Counted from the first letter of the stretch, positions 8,029 through 17,164 are shown. The stretch is 17,685 nt of DNA from an uncultured Alphaproteobacteria bacterium (GCA_947053455.1 CAMRSV010000014.1:1-17685); one strand, 5' to 3'. The notes: generated by a model not told the origin, from the sequence alone. Program-made: numbers and translations.

Positions 8029-11000
8029 TCTATGTCAACCTTTATCCCAAGTCCCACGAAATCGGTCGCGGTTGTGGGTCCTAATTCAACACCACCGGGC
8101 AGGGCGAGTGTTGCAACCTTATCACGCCCGTGCAAATTAAGAACAACCTTGGTCGTACCAGAACGCAATGAACTTAACGCCTTTTTTACATCGGGCAAAA
8201 CAGATTGGTCATATATTTCCAGCGTTATTTTTCTGGCGATTTTTGCTACCCACTGCGTTAAAGGAACGATTGAATCAACAAACACAGAAACACGGTCATC
8301 ACGATTTGACGTTTTTCCCGAAATCAGAACTATATTTTCAGTCGATAAAGTCTGTGCAAATGTTGCCGCCATGTCACCAAATGCAACCGCATCTATATTT
8401 CCAAAACTATCCGTTGCATTGATTGTAATCATATCTTTGCCTGTTTTTGTACGACGGCGTGAAAACGAACCCGCGTTAACAGCAATTTGAACAGGCTTTC
8501 TATCCCCTAATGACGCCAGCGTTGCACTGGTCGTTAGTTTCGCACGTGCAATCAAATGCTTGTACTGATCCAACGGATGCGCTGATATATAGAACCCCAG
8601 CGCCGCCAGTTCATTTTCAAGACGCTGCGAAAAAGTCCATGGTTTTGTCTTGGGCAAGTTTTTATGCAGTCTATCTTCGGCGACATCATCTTCAATAGTA
8701 TTTGCGAACAAAGACAAAGAGTTCGCACCCTCACGTGATTTTGACGCATACGATAATATCGCATCTGCATTCAAATAAATTGCGGCACGGTTCGGTTCCA
8801 ATGAATCTAAAACACCGACCTTGGCAAAGGCCTCTAAAATGCGCTTGTTCATAATCGGCGCACATCTTTTTGCAAAATCGGTCAGGTTTTTAAATTTGCC
8901 GTTCGCATTTCGTTCGGCAATAATTGCGTCAGTCGCACTGGTGCCAACGCCCTTTAACGCGGCCAGGCCGTAAATAATTTTTCCATCCTTGACCGTAAAC
9001 AGCGACTCGCTTTGGTTAATATCAGGCGGAACAATTTGAATATTGAAATTAGATTTTGCATCATCAACAAATATCGCCAATTGGTCGGTGTCGTTTAGAT
9101 TACTGGACATTGACGCCGCCAAGAATTCCGCCGGATAATTTGCCTTTAGATATGCGCACTGGTTCGCAACAATGGAATATGCAATCGCGTGCGATTTGTT
9201 AAACGCGTATTTTGCAAACTCTTTGAACTTTTCCCACAGGTCTTTGGCTGTCGCGCGGTCAAGCGTATCCTGCGCCTCGCAACCGTCAAGGAACTTTACC
9301 TCCAATTTCGCCAGCAAATCCAGTTTCTTTTTACCCATCGCCTTGCGCACGGTATCGGATTCACCGCGCGTAAAGCCGGCCAGTACACGTGTTAACTGCA
9401 TAACCTGTTCTTGGTACACGATAATACCGTACGTTTCTTTTAGAATTGGTTCCGCCTTTGGGTGGACAAATTCAACAGGCTCATCCCCGTGCATGCGGGC
9501 AATAAATTGTGGAATAAATGCAATCGGTCCCGGTCGATTCAATGCGTTCAATGCAGATATTTCCAAGAAACTGGTCGGATGCATCTTGCGCAGTGTCTGC
9601 TGAACAAACTGGGCATCAAATTGGAATATGCCTTCGGTTAATCCACGCTGCCATAAATCCATGGTTTTTGGGTCGTCAACCGGTATTTTATCAAGGTCTA
9701 TGTTAATGCCGCGCGTCTGCTGAATCAGGCGTGTTGCATATTTTAACACCACCAATGTTTCCAATCCCAAAAAGTCGAACTTAATCAATCCCGCAGATTC
9801 CAGATAGTGGCCGTCATATTGACTAGACGGCAGGGGATTTGACGGGTCGCGATAAACAGGTGCAATTTGCGTTGTTGGGCGGTCGCCGATAACCACGCCG
9901 CATGCGTGCTGTCCCAGATTGCGAACCGCGCCCTCCAATTCTTCGGATATTGTGACGACCTTGTTCATATCTTGGTCGTTATTTAATATATCCTGAATTT
10001 CGGTTGATGCGCCGACCGCATCCTTTAATGTTTTTGCATCCTGGGGAATCAGTTTGGTAAACCGGTCAGACTTGGAATAGGGTATGCCGTATACGCGTGC
10101 AACGTCACGGAATGCCCCGCGCGCCTGCAGACCACCAAATGTGATAATGCGACATACGGAATCCGCGCCATATTTATCACAAATATACGCCAATACGCGT
10201 TCAATTCCCGTCGGTTCAAAATCAACGTCAAAATCGGGCATTGATATACGGTCTGGGTTTAAGAAACGTTCAAACAGCAATCCATACTGCAACGGATTGA
10301 CATGCGTAATCCCCAATGCCCATGCCACGATTGAACCCGCGCCCGAACCACGCCCAGGGCCGGTTAAAACGTCATTTTTTCTGCACCAATCGATATAGTC
10401 CGCAACAATCAGGAAATATCCCGGGAACCCCATACCGATAATGACGCCCAGTTCGTACTCGGCCTGTTCATAATAGGGTGCAGTGTCTGTTATATTATGT
10501 TGACGCAACCGTTCGGCAAGACCCGCCATCGTGTTATCGCGCAACATTTGACACTCGGTTTCCAAATCCGCACCAAACTGTGGCAATAATGGTTTTTCAT
10601 GAACGTTTACCATAAATCCGCAGCGTCTTGATATTGCAACGGTATTTTCAATCGCCTCTGGCAGGTCGGAAAATATTTCGGCCATTTGTTCCCCGGACTT
10701 GAAATACTGTTCCGATGATTTGCGGACGCGTTCTGGGTCTATAACCTTGGTTTGTCCCAAAATACATGTCAATGCGTCGGCAGCCTCGTAATCTTCTGCG
10801 GCGGCAAAGCAGACATCGTTTGTTGCGACAATGGGAATGTTCAATTCACGTGCAATTTTCAAAAATCCCGGTTCTGTTTTTATTTCGTCATCTAACCCGT
10901 GGCGTTGAATTTCAATGTAAAAACGGTCGCCAAACAAATCCAAAAACTTTTTGGCCGTAGTCATAGCCTGGGTATCCTGGTCATTGAGCAAAGCCATTCC

Positions 11001-11435
11001 AATCGGTCCCGAATGCGCCCCAGACAGGCATATCAATCCAGATAAATGCGCTGCCAGTTCTTCAAATGTAACATATGGCCCCAAATGGTGATTATCGGGG
11101 CGCATGTACATTATACGATTCAGTTCACACAGATTCAGATATCCATCGTGATTTTGTGCCAACAATACTATTTTTGACAGACTAGTCATACGCAGGATTT
11201 TTGGGTCGGCGGTATGATGATTCAATGATAATTCCAGACCAATTATAGGCTGTAGTTTATTGGATGGCATAACATCAGAATATTCGGCGCATCCGGACAT
11301 CAAATTCGTATCGGTCAATGCACATGCCGACATGCCCGCGGCCGCACATAACTTGGGAATTTGCTTGATTTTAAGGGTACTGGCCCCGACGGAATAACAT
11401 GAATGTGTACGAAGATGAACAAATTGATTTTCCAT
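8025..11435 (-). CDS. dnaE: DNA polymerase III alpha subunit
   Basis: PHP N-terminus FVHLRTHSCYS, GPGRGSGAGS, FERFLNPDRISMPDFDVDF, KFDFLGL, YQEQVM, YAFNKSH, C-terminal OB fold. Start set at ATG 11435 because the ORF-track extension to 11564 crosses a terminator and a promoter. Confidence 0.97.
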   Translation of the reverse strand: MENQFVHLRTHSCYSVGASTLKIKQIPKLCAAAGMSACALTDTNLMSGCAEYSDVMPSNKLQPIIGLELSLNHHTADPKILRMTSLSKIVLLAQNHDGYLNLCELNRIMYMRPDNHHLGPYVTFEELAAHLSGLICLSGAHSGPIGMALLNDQDTQAMTTAKKFLDLFGDRFYIEIQRHGLDDEIKTEPGFLKIARELNIPIVATNDVCFAAAEDYEAADALTCILGQTKVIDPERVRKSSEQYFKSGEQMAEIFSDLPEAIENTVAISRRCGFMVNVHEKPLLPQFGADLETECQMLRDNTMAGLAERLRQHNITDTAPYYEQAEYELGVIIGMGFPGYFLIVADYIDWCRKNDVLTGPGRGSGAGSIVAWALGITHVNPLQYGLLFERFLNPDRISMPDFDVDFEPTGIERVLAYICDKYGADSVCRIITFGGLQARGAFRDVARVYGIPYSKSDRFTKLIPQDAKTLKDAVGASTEIQDILNNDQDMNKVVTISEELEGAVRNLGQHACGVVIGDRPTTQIAPVYRDPSNPLPSSQYDGHYLESAGLIKFDFLGLETLVVLKYATRLIQQTRGINIDLDKIPVDDPKTMDLWQRGLTEGIFQFDAQFVQQTLRKMHPTSFLEISALNALNRPGPIAFIPQFIARMHGDEPVEFVHPKAEPILKETYGIIVYQEQVMQLTRVLAGFTRGESDTVRKAMGKKKLDLLAKLEVKFLDGCEAQDTLDRATAKDLWEKFKEFAKYAFNKSHAIAYSIVANQCAYLKANYPAEFLAASMSSNLNDTDQLAIFVDDAKSNFNIQIVPPDINQSESLFTVKDGKIIYGLAALKGVGTSATDAIIAERNANGKFKNLTDFAKRCAPIMNKRILEAFAKVGVLDSLEPNRAAIYLNADAILSYASKSREGANSLSLFANTIEDDVAEDRLHKNLPKTKPWTFSQRLENELAALGFYISAHPLDQYKHLIARAKLTTSATLASLGDRKPVQIAVNAGSFSRRRTKTGKDMITINATDSFGNIDAVAFGDMAATFAQTLSTENIVLISGKTSNRDDRVSVFVDSIVPLTQWVAKIARKITLEIYDQSVLPDVKKALSSLRSGTTKVVLNLHGRDKVATLALPGGVELGPTTATDFVGLGIKVDIE

Positions 11436-11441
11436 GCCATC

Positions 11442-11471
11442 ACCATAGCAAAATTTTCCATATCCCCGCAA
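11442..11471 (-). promoter_or_regulatory. Putative dnaE promoter
   Basis: Minus strand TTGCGG (11471-11466), 18 nt spacer, extended -10 TGcTATGGT (ends at 11442), 6 nt before the ATG. Confidence 0.5.
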
Positions 11472-11513
11472 CCATATATTTCCCCAAAATACGATTTTTC
11501 TATTGACATTATA

Positions 11514-11535
11514 AAACGGGACATTAGTCCCGTTT
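11514..11535 (-). terminator. Intrinsic terminator after the secA-kinase unit
   Basis: AAACGGGAC / loop ATTA / GTCCCGTTT at the kinase stop codon; T-tract follows on the minus strand. Confidence 0.75.
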
Positions 11536-12244
11536 ATTTCAAGTTGCTTATATATCGATTCCAATATTTCATAAAAATTTGCTTGTCTGTTTCAGGATTT
11601 TGCGCAATTGACAATGTATCCCAATCAATCACCGCACAAATATTCATGTCATTATCAAAAAACAAATTGGTTTCATTCAAATCGAAATGCGCCAACACCT
11701 CGCGATGGGGGCCCGGTTTTTCCGGCGTGCGCGCCTGCATGCTGGTTATGAAACGCGACTTGTTCGGGATTTTGTTTACGTCTATGCGTTGTAGTTCATC
11801 AATTATAGCGAACACCTGACGCTGTATCTTTTCTGCATTTTTTAATATTTCCGCGTTTGAAAAGGATTCAATATGACGTCCCGAAATTCGTTCGCATACA
11901 TACACAGACCCACGACGCGGCACAATCACCCGCGGCATAGAAATATTCAAGCGATTTGCAACATAATCGTTCAGAAATTCAAAATTTTTTAATTCAGAAT
12001 GCGAAACATCGCGAAAAATCTTTACAAAATATTTGTCATTAACCAAATAAACAACACGCCCCAGCGTATGCTGGCGAATAAACTTTATGGTTTTGGTCTG
12101 TTCGCCAAACATTTCCCGAATTGCGCGACGTATCTGTGGCCGAAAAAAGAACAGGTTTACCGCCGCACGAACATGTGTCCGCCGCTGGCTGCCCGGCACC
12201 AGATTCGCCACCAGATTTCCAATATAAAACGGTAACTTATGCAT
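11534..12244 (-). CDS. APH/choline-kinase-fold phosphotransferase, substrate unknown
   Basis: YFVKIFR (ATP-binding Lys), Brenner motif HFDLNETN, and IDWD; ATG 12244 lies 2 nt after the secA stop. Confidence 0.8.
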   Translation of the reverse strand: MHKLPFYIGNLVANLVPGSQRRTHVRAAVNLFFFRPQIRRAIREMFGEQTKTIKFIRQHTLGRVVYLVNDKYFVKIFRDVSHSELKNFEFLNDYVANRLNISMPRVIVPRRGSVYVCERISGRHIESFSNAEILKNAEKIQRQVFAIIDELQRIDVNKIPNKSRFITSMQARTPEKPGPHREVLAHFDLNETNLFFDNDMNICAVIDWDTLSIAQNPETDKQIFMKYWNRYISNLK

Positions 12245-12246
12245 GT

Positions 12247-14877
12247 TTATTTCAATTTCCCGCAACAATGTTTATATTTCAACCCAGAACCACATGGGCA
12301 GGGCGCATTACGCCGCGAAGCCGCCGCCGCATCTGTGCCAGCCCCGGTATTTAGTGACGCATCGTGTTGTGCCCGTTCGCGTTCAGTCGCATCAACATCT
12401 TCGCGTGTTAATTCCATGCGTGAAATATACGCGACCGACATGATTTTGAAATTATTAATTGTGTTCTTGAACAATTCCAGTGCTTCACGCTTGTATTCAT
12501 ACAGTGGGTTTTTCTGTGCGTATCCGCGCAGGCCGATTCCCGTCTGAAGATAGTCCATCTGTTGCAGGTGACGTTTCCAAACCGCATCCAACGCCCCCAG
12601 CATCATTTGACGTGATGCGGTACGCATCATTTCTGGGCCGTATTTTTCCGCCTGTGTGGAATAACGACGCATCGCCAGATTCAGCAGCATTTCATACGCC
12701 TTGCGTTCGGTAATCTGTTCGTCAGTTTTCCATTTTTCAATGTCCGTTATATCCAGTGCAAACATACGCAACATTGCGTCATGAATTCCGTTCAGATTCC
12801 AATCTGCCGGGTGCGCTTTTTCCGGAATGTTGTTTTCACAAATTAATTCAACAACATCACCGATTATCTCGTGCGCCAGGGATGTCAAATCTTCGGATGT
12901 CATCAAATCATCGCGCTGTTTATAAATCACGTTACGCTGTTCATTCATAACATCGTCATATTTCAGCAATTCTTTACGCGATTCAAAATAGCGCGCCTCG
13001 ACACGCTTTTGCGCCTTTTCCAATGCCTTTGTTATCCATGGGTGGGTAATCGCCTCGCCGGTTTTCAACCCCAGCGTCGTCAACATGCCGTCCAGGCGCG
13101 CTGCGCCAAATATGCGCATCAAATCGTCGTCCAAGGCCAAAAAGAATTTGGAATCACCTGGGTCACCCTGACGTCCGGCGCGGCCGCGCAACTGGTTGTC
13201 AATGCGGCGTGATTCATGGCGTTCGGTACCAATTACATAAAGCCCCCCAACATCCAAAACCAATTTCTTGTTTGCCTCTATCCGGTTATAGATTTCTTTT
13301 TTCTTTTCATTGAAATCAGGTGCGTCCGCATCCAGTTCGGCAATTAAATCTTCGGCGTTACCGCCCAGTTTAATGTCCGTTCCGCGCCCAGCCATGTTTG
13401 TTGCAATTGTCACCGCGCCCGGCGCGCCTGCCTGTGCAACTATTTTTGCCTCGGATTCATGATGCTTGGCGTTCAAGACGGCCGGTTCTATGCCCAGTTT
13501 TTTACGCACAATCGCGGCCAGTTCTTCGGATTTCTCAATTGAAACTGTGCCAACCAACACAGGTTGCTTGCGCGCCATACATTCACTGATTTGTTTTACA
13601 ATCGCATCATATTTTTCTTCTTTGTTGCGATAAATTTCATCATGGTGGTCAATACGCGCAACCGGCCGGTTGGTTGGAATTGATACAACGCGCAATTTGT
13701 AAATTTCTTCGAATTCTGCGGCCTCGGTCATGGCGGTACCGGTCATACCGGACAACGTAGAATACAACCGGAACAAGTTTTGGTATGAAATACTGGACAC
13801 CGTTTGGTTTTCCGGTTGAACCTGAACATGTTCTTTGGCTTCTATGGCTTGATGCAGCCCTTTGCCAAAGCGCCGCCCCGTCATAACACGACCCGTAAAT
13901 TCATCCACAATCAATATTTCACCGCCACGCACAACATAATTTACATTCTTTTGATATAAATGGTGCGCCAACAACGATTGCTGAATATGCATAACAAGTG
14001 CAGCATTTTCAGACGCATATAAATTGTCCCCAGTTAGCAGTCCCGCATCCTTTAATAAACGCGTTGCGTTGTCGACCCCGGCATCGGTTAATGTTACGTG
14101 TCTGTCTTTTTCATCTTTTTTGAAATCATCCGGCGTCAGTTTTGTAACAACATCATCAACACGCGCGTAAAGTTCACTGCTGTCTTCGGCCGGGCCGGAA
14201 ATGATAAGCGGTGTGCGCGCTTCATCAATCAAGATGCTGTCCACTTCGTCGACAATCGCATAGAACAGCGGACGCAAAACCTGCTGTGCCTTGGAAAATT
14301 TCATATTGTCGCGCAGATAATCAAACCCCAGTTCGGAATTCGTTACATACGTTATGTCGCACGCATATGCCGCGCGACGTTCGTCATCGGTCATATCATG
14401 CTGAATAATTCCGATGGACATGCCCAAGAATTTATAAACCTGTCCCATCCATTCCGCATCACGTGATGCCAAGTAATCGTTCACGGTAATCAAATGCGCA
14501 CCACGCCCATGCAGTGCCTTTAGGAATAGCGCCAATGTCGCCACCAGAGTCTTACCTTCGCCGGTTTTCATTTCGGCAATTTGACCGTTTGTTAAAACCA
14601 TGCCACCAATCATCTGGACATCAAAATGGCGCAGGCCAATTGTTCGAACCGATGCCTCGCGCACCAGGGCAAACGCATCCGGCAAAATGCTTTTTTCCTT
14701 TTCCCCGTTGGCCAGACGTTCGCGTAGCTGCACCGTCGTCGCCCGCAGTTCATCGTCGGTCATTGCGTGATATTTCGGTTCTAAATCATTTATCAACGAC
14801 ACAGTTTTGTCATACGATTTAACCAAACGGTCGTTTGCAGATCCCAATATTTTTCCAATTACATTTTTTAACATCAT
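12247..14877 (-). CDS. secA: Preprotein translocase ATPase SecA with C-terminal SEC-C zinc motif
   Basis: EMKTGEGKT, TVNDYLA, GFDYLRDN, IVDEVDSILIDEARTPLIIS, ATNMAGRGTDI, RRIDNQLRGRAGRQGDPG, CPCGSGLKYKHCC. Confidence 0.99.
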   Translation of the reverse strand: MMLKNVIGKILGSANDRLVKSYDKTVSLINDLEPKYHAMTDDELRATTVQLRERLANGEKEKSILPDAFALVREASVRTIGLRHFDVQMIGGMVLTNGQIAEMKTGEGKTLVATLALFLKALHGRGAHLITVNDYLASRDAEWMGQVYKFLGMSIGIIQHDMTDDERRAAYACDITYVTNSELGFDYLRDNMKFSKAQQVLRPLFYAIVDEVDSILIDEARTPLIISGPAEDSSELYARVDDVVTKLTPDDFKKDEKDRHVTLTDAGVDNATRLLKDAGLLTGDNLYASENAALVMHIQQSLLAHHLYQKNVNYVVRGGEILIVDEFTGRVMTGRRFGKGLHQAIEAKEHVQVQPENQTVSSISYQNLFRLYSTLSGMTGTAMTEAAEFEEIYKLRVVSIPTNRPVARIDHHDEIYRNKEEKYDAIVKQISECMARKQPVLVGTVSIEKSEELAAIVRKKLGIEPAVLNAKHHESEAKIVAQAGAPGAVTIATNMAGRGTDIKLGGNAEDLIAELDADAPDFNEKKKEIYNRIEANKKLVLDVGGLYVIGTERHESRRIDNQLRGRAGRQGDPGDSKFFLALDDDLMRIFGAARLDGMLTTLGLKTGEAITHPWITKALEKAQKRVEARYFESRKELLKYDDVMNEQRNVIYKQRDDLMTSEDLTSLAHEIIGDVVELICENNIPEKAHPADWNLNGIHDAMLRMFALDITDIEKWKTDEQITERKAYEMLLNLAMRRYSTQAEKYGPEMMRTASRQMMLGALDAVWKRHLQQMDYLQTGIGLRGYAQKNPLYEYKREALELFKNTINNFKIMSVAYISRMELTREDVDATERERAQHDASLNTGAGTDAAAASRRNAPCPCGSGLKYKHCCGKLK

Positions 14878-14900
14878 CTTTCCTTATCTTATCAGGCATT

Positions 14901-14929
14901 TTTATAGCAATTTTGCGCCTTGCGGTCAA
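14901..14929 (-). promoter_or_regulatory. Putative secA promoter
   Basis: Minus strand TTGACC (14929-14924), 17 nt spacer, extended -10 TGcTATAAA (ends at 14901); SD AAGGA before the start. Confidence 0.65.
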
Positions 14930-14947
14930 GCCACTTTATGATATAAT
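14920..14947 (+). promoter_or_regulatory. Putative divergent promoter overlapping the secA promoter
   Basis: TTGCGG (14920-14925), 16 nt spacer, extended -10 TGaTATAAT (-10 hexamer 14942-14947). Confidence 0.55.
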
Positions 14948-15062
14948 GAAACGAATAAGACAAACAAGGGCATCAAGCGAATAAATTTATAAAACAGGTA
15001 AAAAATTCTGTAAAATCAGTAAAAGATTGGAATTTATTCAAATAAAACCGAGGGAGAATTAC

Positions 15063-15275
15063 ATGCGCGAACAAATACATCAACTAAAAACATCAAACAT
15101 AACCAGTGAAATCTTTGTAATTGCACCGTCACAGATAGAATATATCGCGCAATTATTTGGCAATACTGTTGCCGATGCAATGAACATGCGGGCATTCGCC
15201 CCAAAGATTCGCCAGATTGCAAAACAATCACTTTGCAGTGCATTACATGCCGCCCGCCACCAGGGCGAAGAATGA
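15063..15275 (+). CDS. Small hypothetical protein (70 aa)
   Basis: SD GAGGGAG at about 15050-15056 before ATG 15063; followed by a terminator. Confidence 0.6.
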   Translation: MREQIHQLKTSNITSEIFVIAPSQIEYIAQLFGNTVADAMNMRAFAPKIRQIAKQSLCSALHAARHQGEE

Positions 15276-15297
15276 TTTTTATTCGCACTAACGATTA

Positions 15298-15321
15298 AAA
15301 ACCCCGCATTTGCGGGGTTTT
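15298..15321. terminator. Bidirectional intrinsic terminator
   Basis: AAAACCCCGC / ATTT / GCGGGGTTTT between convergent genes. Confidence 0.88.
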
Positions 15322-15323
15322 GT

Positions 15324-16658
15324 TTATTCCGTTGCGGCATCAATGTCATCATATACTGAATAATTTGTTCCATTCATCATTACATGCAGCATGTTGCCTT
15401 TGGCAAACGACTTTGTTCGCATATTGCCATAGAATATCTGATTGCCAATCTTTACATTTAATGACGGAGTTGTTTTCTTTGCACTGCGCAGGAACAAGCG
15501 TTTATTTGCGCCAACATAGAATATGTGTCCGCAATCAGCAGCTTCGTCTGCGCCGGCACCACGACCATATGTTGTCAATCCGGCTGGGCATGCGTTGCGT
15601 GTCCCAGTATCGCCATATCCAGTTATTGATTCCGTCGCCCAGTATCCAAGGCCCACATCAGAACAAGTTCCATCATCTGCGGACGCAATATATGATCCGG
15701 CAGAGCATTTAATTTTGCATTGCGAAACATCAGATTTTCCACCATCCGTATTGTAATCATATCCATTGGGACATGTTTCCAATCCAAAATTTGTTGTATG
15801 AACGGTCGCCTGATTTGAGCCATTACATATGGTTGCGCCTTTCCCGGGGCAATAATATGCCCCCTCTGGGCAATCTTTTACCTCCGTATAATACGCATAT
15901 GCCCCACAACCAGCCTTGCTGGTCAAGTAATATCCGGGATTTACATTGGAATAGCCCCAGTCGCTGACAATATCATATTTATTGGTTTCTGAATTATACA
16001 ATGTATTTTCATAAAATCTGCCACGACTGTTGGTATACCATGTTAGCGCACGACATTGCGATATATCCGTTCGACCATTACCACTAATTAAACCAAATGA
16101 TGATATGGTCGGACTATAATAAGATGCCGGAAAATCTGTTTTCGTATATTCTGTTGTATCCGGGCATGCAAATTTTACCCCACCAGAACAATATGTATTG
16201 CCGGTGCATTGCGCCTGTGCTGTGCGGTCAACCCTATAATATCCGGCCGAAACAGTTTTACATGTTGTTTTACCCGTTTCATTTTGATACTGGTTGGCAC
16301 CGTCACATGAATTTGCACCATAGCCATTGGCCGGATTTGATATATTTGTAAAGCCAGGACACGCATATCCAGCATTGCATGTGGTGCACGAACTGCCGTT
16401 CCAATATGTGCCTGCGGCACATGTGACCCCGCATACCGGCGCGGCGGTTCCACCGACACATGTGCACCCGGACGGGCATGACGCACATGAATTCCCGGCC
16501 GCAGTGCCATTCAAATAATATCCGGCACTGCATGATGTATATTTTTTATATGTCGGGCAAGTATAACCCGCCGCAAATGCGCCTGATGTTCCACAACATA
16601 TTATAAACAACACCAAACAGCGCGCATAATTGCGTAAAAATTTGGACATTTTTCCCAT
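15324..16658 (-). CDS. Cys-rich repeat surface or exported protein (furin-like / GCC2_GCC3-like CxxGxY..CxxC modules) with a Cys-free C-terminal domain
   Basis: Signal peptide ending SGAFA; repeats SCSAGYY..SCASCP, TCAAGTYW..CTTCNAGYACP, CPEGAYYCP, CSAGSY, CPAG. Start is ATG 16658 or 16649; the ORF-track start at 16706 lies in the -35 box. Confidence 0.85.
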   Translation of the reverse strand: MGKMSKFLRNYARCLVLFIICCGTSGAFAAGYTCPTYKKYTSCSAGYYLNGTAAGNSCASCPSGCTCVGGTAAPVCGVTCAAGTYWNGSSCTTCNAGYACPGFTNISNPANGYGANSCDGANQYQNETGKTTCKTVSAGYYRVDRTAQAQCTGNTYCSGGVKFACPDTTEYTKTDFPASYYSPTISSFGLISGNGRTDISQCRALTWYTNSRGRFYENTLYNSETNKYDIVSDWGYSNVNPGYYLTSKAGCGAYAYYTEVKDCPEGAYYCPGKGATICNGSNQATVHTTNFGLETCPNGYDYNTDGGKSDVSQCKIKCSAGSYIASADDGTCSDVGLGYWATESITGYGDTGTRNACPAGLTTYGRGAGADEAADCGHIFYVGANKRLFLRSAKKTTPSLNVKIGNQIFYGNMRTKSFAKGNMLHVMMNGTNYSVYDDIDAATE

Positions 16659-16677
16659 TTTCTTTTCTCTAATAGAG

Positions 16678-16706
16678 ATTTTACCTAAAAGTGCTGATTG
16701 TAACAA
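16678..16706 (-). promoter_or_regulatory. Putative promoter of the Cys-rich repeat gene
   Basis: Minus strand TTGTTA (16706-16701), 17 nt spacer, TAAAAT (16683-16678). Confidence 0.55.
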
Positions 16707-16718
16707 GCAAAAAATCTA

Positions 16719-16746
16719 TTGAATTTGAACAAATAAATGATAGGAT
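16719..16746 (+). promoter_or_regulatory. Putative rnpB promoter
   Basis: TTGAAT (16719-16724), 16 nt spacer, extended -10 TGaTAGGAT (-10 hexamer 16741-16746); predicted +1 coincides with the 5' strand of P1. Confidence 0.6.
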
Positions 16747-16752
16747 GTAATC

Positions 16753-17081
16753 CGCAAGATGGGCAGAGCATAGCCGCACCCAGTAACAGGGATGCGGAGG
16801 AAAGTCCGGACTGCATGGGACGGCGTACCGGCTAACGGCCGGGCGGGGCAACCCGACGATTAGAGCAACAGTGACGAAACGATTTAATTCGAGTGAAACG
16901 GGCAATCTCTACGCGCAGCAACTTCAAATAGGTTCCATTAACGGGTCCCAGTTTAGGAACGGGTAGAAGGCTTGACGTATCATGGTAACATGGTATGCAG
17001 ATTAATTATGCTCGCTACCCATGGGTGGTGGTAAAACACGAGCCATGGGCAGAACAGAATCCGGCTTATCGCACATCTGCG
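16753..17081 (+). ncRNA. rnpB: RNase P RNA (bacterial type A, reduced S-domain)
   Basis: GAGGAAAGTCCGGA (16797-16810) and ACAGAATCCGGCTTA (17054-17068) form P4. P2 GAGCATA/TATGCTC, P5 CTGC/GCAG, P6 TGGGA/TCCCA, P7 GCGTA/TACGC, P8, P9 (GCAA loop), P15-17, L15 GGU, P18 (GTAA loop) and P19 can all be paired by eye. Confidence 0.97.
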
Positions 17082-17082
17082 C

Positions 17083-17110
17083 ACCGTCCCCACGGGGACG
17101 GTTTTTATTT
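17083..17110 (+). terminator. rnpB intrinsic terminator
   Basis: ACCGTCCC / CACG / GGGACGGT followed by TTTTATTT. Confidence 0.9.
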
Positions 17111-17137
17111 GACTATTACATTATTTCGAGCCATAAT
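17109..17137 (+). promoter_or_regulatory. Putative sigma70 promoter
   Basis: TTGACT (17109-17114), 17 nt spacer, CATAAT (17132-17137). Confidence 0.7.
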
Positions 17138-17164
17138 TAATACATCAATACCAAGAGGTGACAC

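Noticed and set aside
10800-11435. Degenerate PHP metal ligands in DnaE (HLRTH, TDT, NDVC)
   Set aside because: Loss of PHP ligands is normal in proteobacterial DnaE that relies on DnaQ for proofreading; no intein or split was seen either.
11436-11564. 43-aa N-terminal extension of DnaE in the ORF track
   Set aside because: It spans a terminator and the likely promoter; DnaE homology starts at MENQFVHL.
14946-14984. 12-codon ORF MKRIRQTRASSE as a leader peptide
   Set aside because: Its ATG lies within the -10 box, upstream of the predicted TSS, and it has no SD.
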